Shown one piece after another: positions 19,811-21,130 of a DNA stretch of 21,130 nt. Every line of letters begins with the position of its first letter. Within the stretch, counting starts at the first letter, position 1. Origin of the DNA: Octopus sinensis (taxonomy: Eukaryota); assembly GCF_006345805.1 (NCBI RefSeq), contig NW_021823775.1, positions 1 through 21,130 on the forward strand, written 5' to 3'. Under the pieces are notes generated by a model that did no database searches, was not told the DNA's origin, and saw nothing but the letters and a program-made list of their open reading frames with translations. Made by a program: the position numbers and the translations under genes.

Positions 19811-20354
19811 CAGTATTTACAGATTGTATTTCCGATGGTACCAACACTTTGTAAAATTGCCTTGTAACTTTCAGGACTAAAAAACCCTTTTGTCTGAAGG
19901 GGATTCTGGGAAACTGTGGTCATTCTTTGCAAAGGTACTGAAAGGTTAAAATATGATGGGAGGAGTTGTTTTTTTTTTTTGGTTATTTTTCTTTTATAGT
20001 GGAGATTCATAGCTATTTTACATCCTAGATTAGTATATTATTAATAAGCTATATGTGGGTCATGAAGAAAACAATACTAATATTAACTGGGTCACTAAAT
20101 ATGACAAAGAAAAACATGGTATGAACCAAAATACAAAACTTACGACTCTTAACTCTACCTGGAGTTTGCATGGGAACACACAAAATATGGGCCATGAGAA
20201 GTAACTAAAGTGGGCCAGTGGCTAATGAACCTATAGTGATGCTCTGTTGTAGTATGTGTTTGAGTAACTATAGAATGAAATCTAAGACATCTTTTATCGT
20301 TTGCTTTTTACTTTACTTTTTTCATTTGTCATGTTAGGGCCTCATCTACAAGGG

Positions 20355-20670
20355 TTTCAGACAAATAAATTGAGTCAGTACATATGTTTTTCTAGACTGG
20401 TATTCTATAATCTCTTTTGCTGAACTGCTAAGTTACGAAGGTTATAAACAAACCTACACCAGTTGTCATGTGGTGTGTGGGGGGTGGGGTGGGGGCAAGG
20501 GATAAGGCTAAACACAGACACATACTTATGCCCACATGATACATATATACACAAATACATGATGGGTTTCTACACAGTTTCCACCTGCCAGATTCACTCA
20601 CACGACACTGGTTGGCCTGGGGCTATACTAGAACACGAGGTGCCATACACTGAAACTGAACCTGGAATTT
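20355..20670 (-). mobile_element. Degenerate SINE family A
   Basis: ctcttttgctgaactgctaagttac...cagtttccacctgccagattcactcac...ggggctatac...actgaacctgg. Confidence 0.65.
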
Positions 20671-20679
20671 GAACGTATG

Positions 20680-20756
20680 TATGATGTATATTATATATAT
20701 ATATAAGTATATATATATATATAGATATATATATATATATATATACGTTATATTTT

Positions 20757-20811
<55 letters not shown>

Positions 20812-20852
20812 TGTGTATGTGGGTGTGTGTATATATGTGTGTATATATATAT

Positions 20853-20917
<65 letters not shown>

Positions 20918-20920
20918 ATT
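20680..20920. repeat. Long interrupted (TA)n microsatellite
   Basis: Read directly. Confidence 0.98.
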
Positions 20921-21130
20921 GAATAAATGAAAGAATGGAGTCGAACGAAGATGTTAACAAAATTCCTTTACTCTCGACACATGTTTCGAAGACAGCATAT
21001 TTTTATTCCGAAGGAATAAAGGGGTATTATGCAATCTTCTCATCAGGAAAGAAAGGGGGCCTCTCTCGACAACAAGACAAAAAAAATTCCGATGACTGCC
21101 TACATGGTAAACAAAGCGATAATGAGTGTT
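20921..21130 (-). mobile_element. Penelope/retrozyme-like fragment abutting (TA)n, running off the window
   Basis: Contains the canonical hammerhead at 20971-21051. Element class is inferred from the ribozyme and the microsatellite junction. Confidence 0.5.
20971..21051 (-). ncRNA. Canonical-core type I hammerhead ribozyme
   Basis: Reverse complement: ctttc-CTGATGA-gaaga..gcata..tttattcc ttc ggaataaa..tatgc..tcttc-GAAA-C atgt G-TC-gagag. Predicted cleavage between 20976 and 20975. Confidence 0.8.

Overview
AT-rich, microsatellite-dense eukaryotic non-coding DNA, either intronic or intergenic. The repeat families look like those of a coleoid cephalopod, most likely Octopus (inference from recalled sequence similarity, no search run). 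No intact protein-coding gene, rRNA, true tRNA or CRISPR array can be supported. Almost every supplied ORF is a microsatellite or transposon read-through. The window is a nested transposon mosaic: three tRNA-derived SINE families (my labels A, B, C), RTE-clade LINE 3' fragments and RTE-type 3' tails, a Tx1/L1-clade C-terminal remnant, an internally deleted DD37D (maT) Tc1/mariner element, TTAA piggyBac-type MITEs, a hAT-like MITE, a 1.8-kb element with long inverted ends, and a 651/758-bp direct duplication carrying a 28-bp VNTR. The most notable signal is four unrelated type I hammerhead-ribozyme motifs (724+, 12631+, 15360-, 20971-) in short Penelope-like/retrozyme-like fragments. The one at 20971-21051 has a fully canonical core and GUC cleavage site, and another sits in a 181-bp insert flanked by a 13-bp direct repeat. 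A near-perfect 72-nt hairpin lies exactly at a LINE truncation point. A few splice-site-flanked open segments could be host exons but are low confidence.
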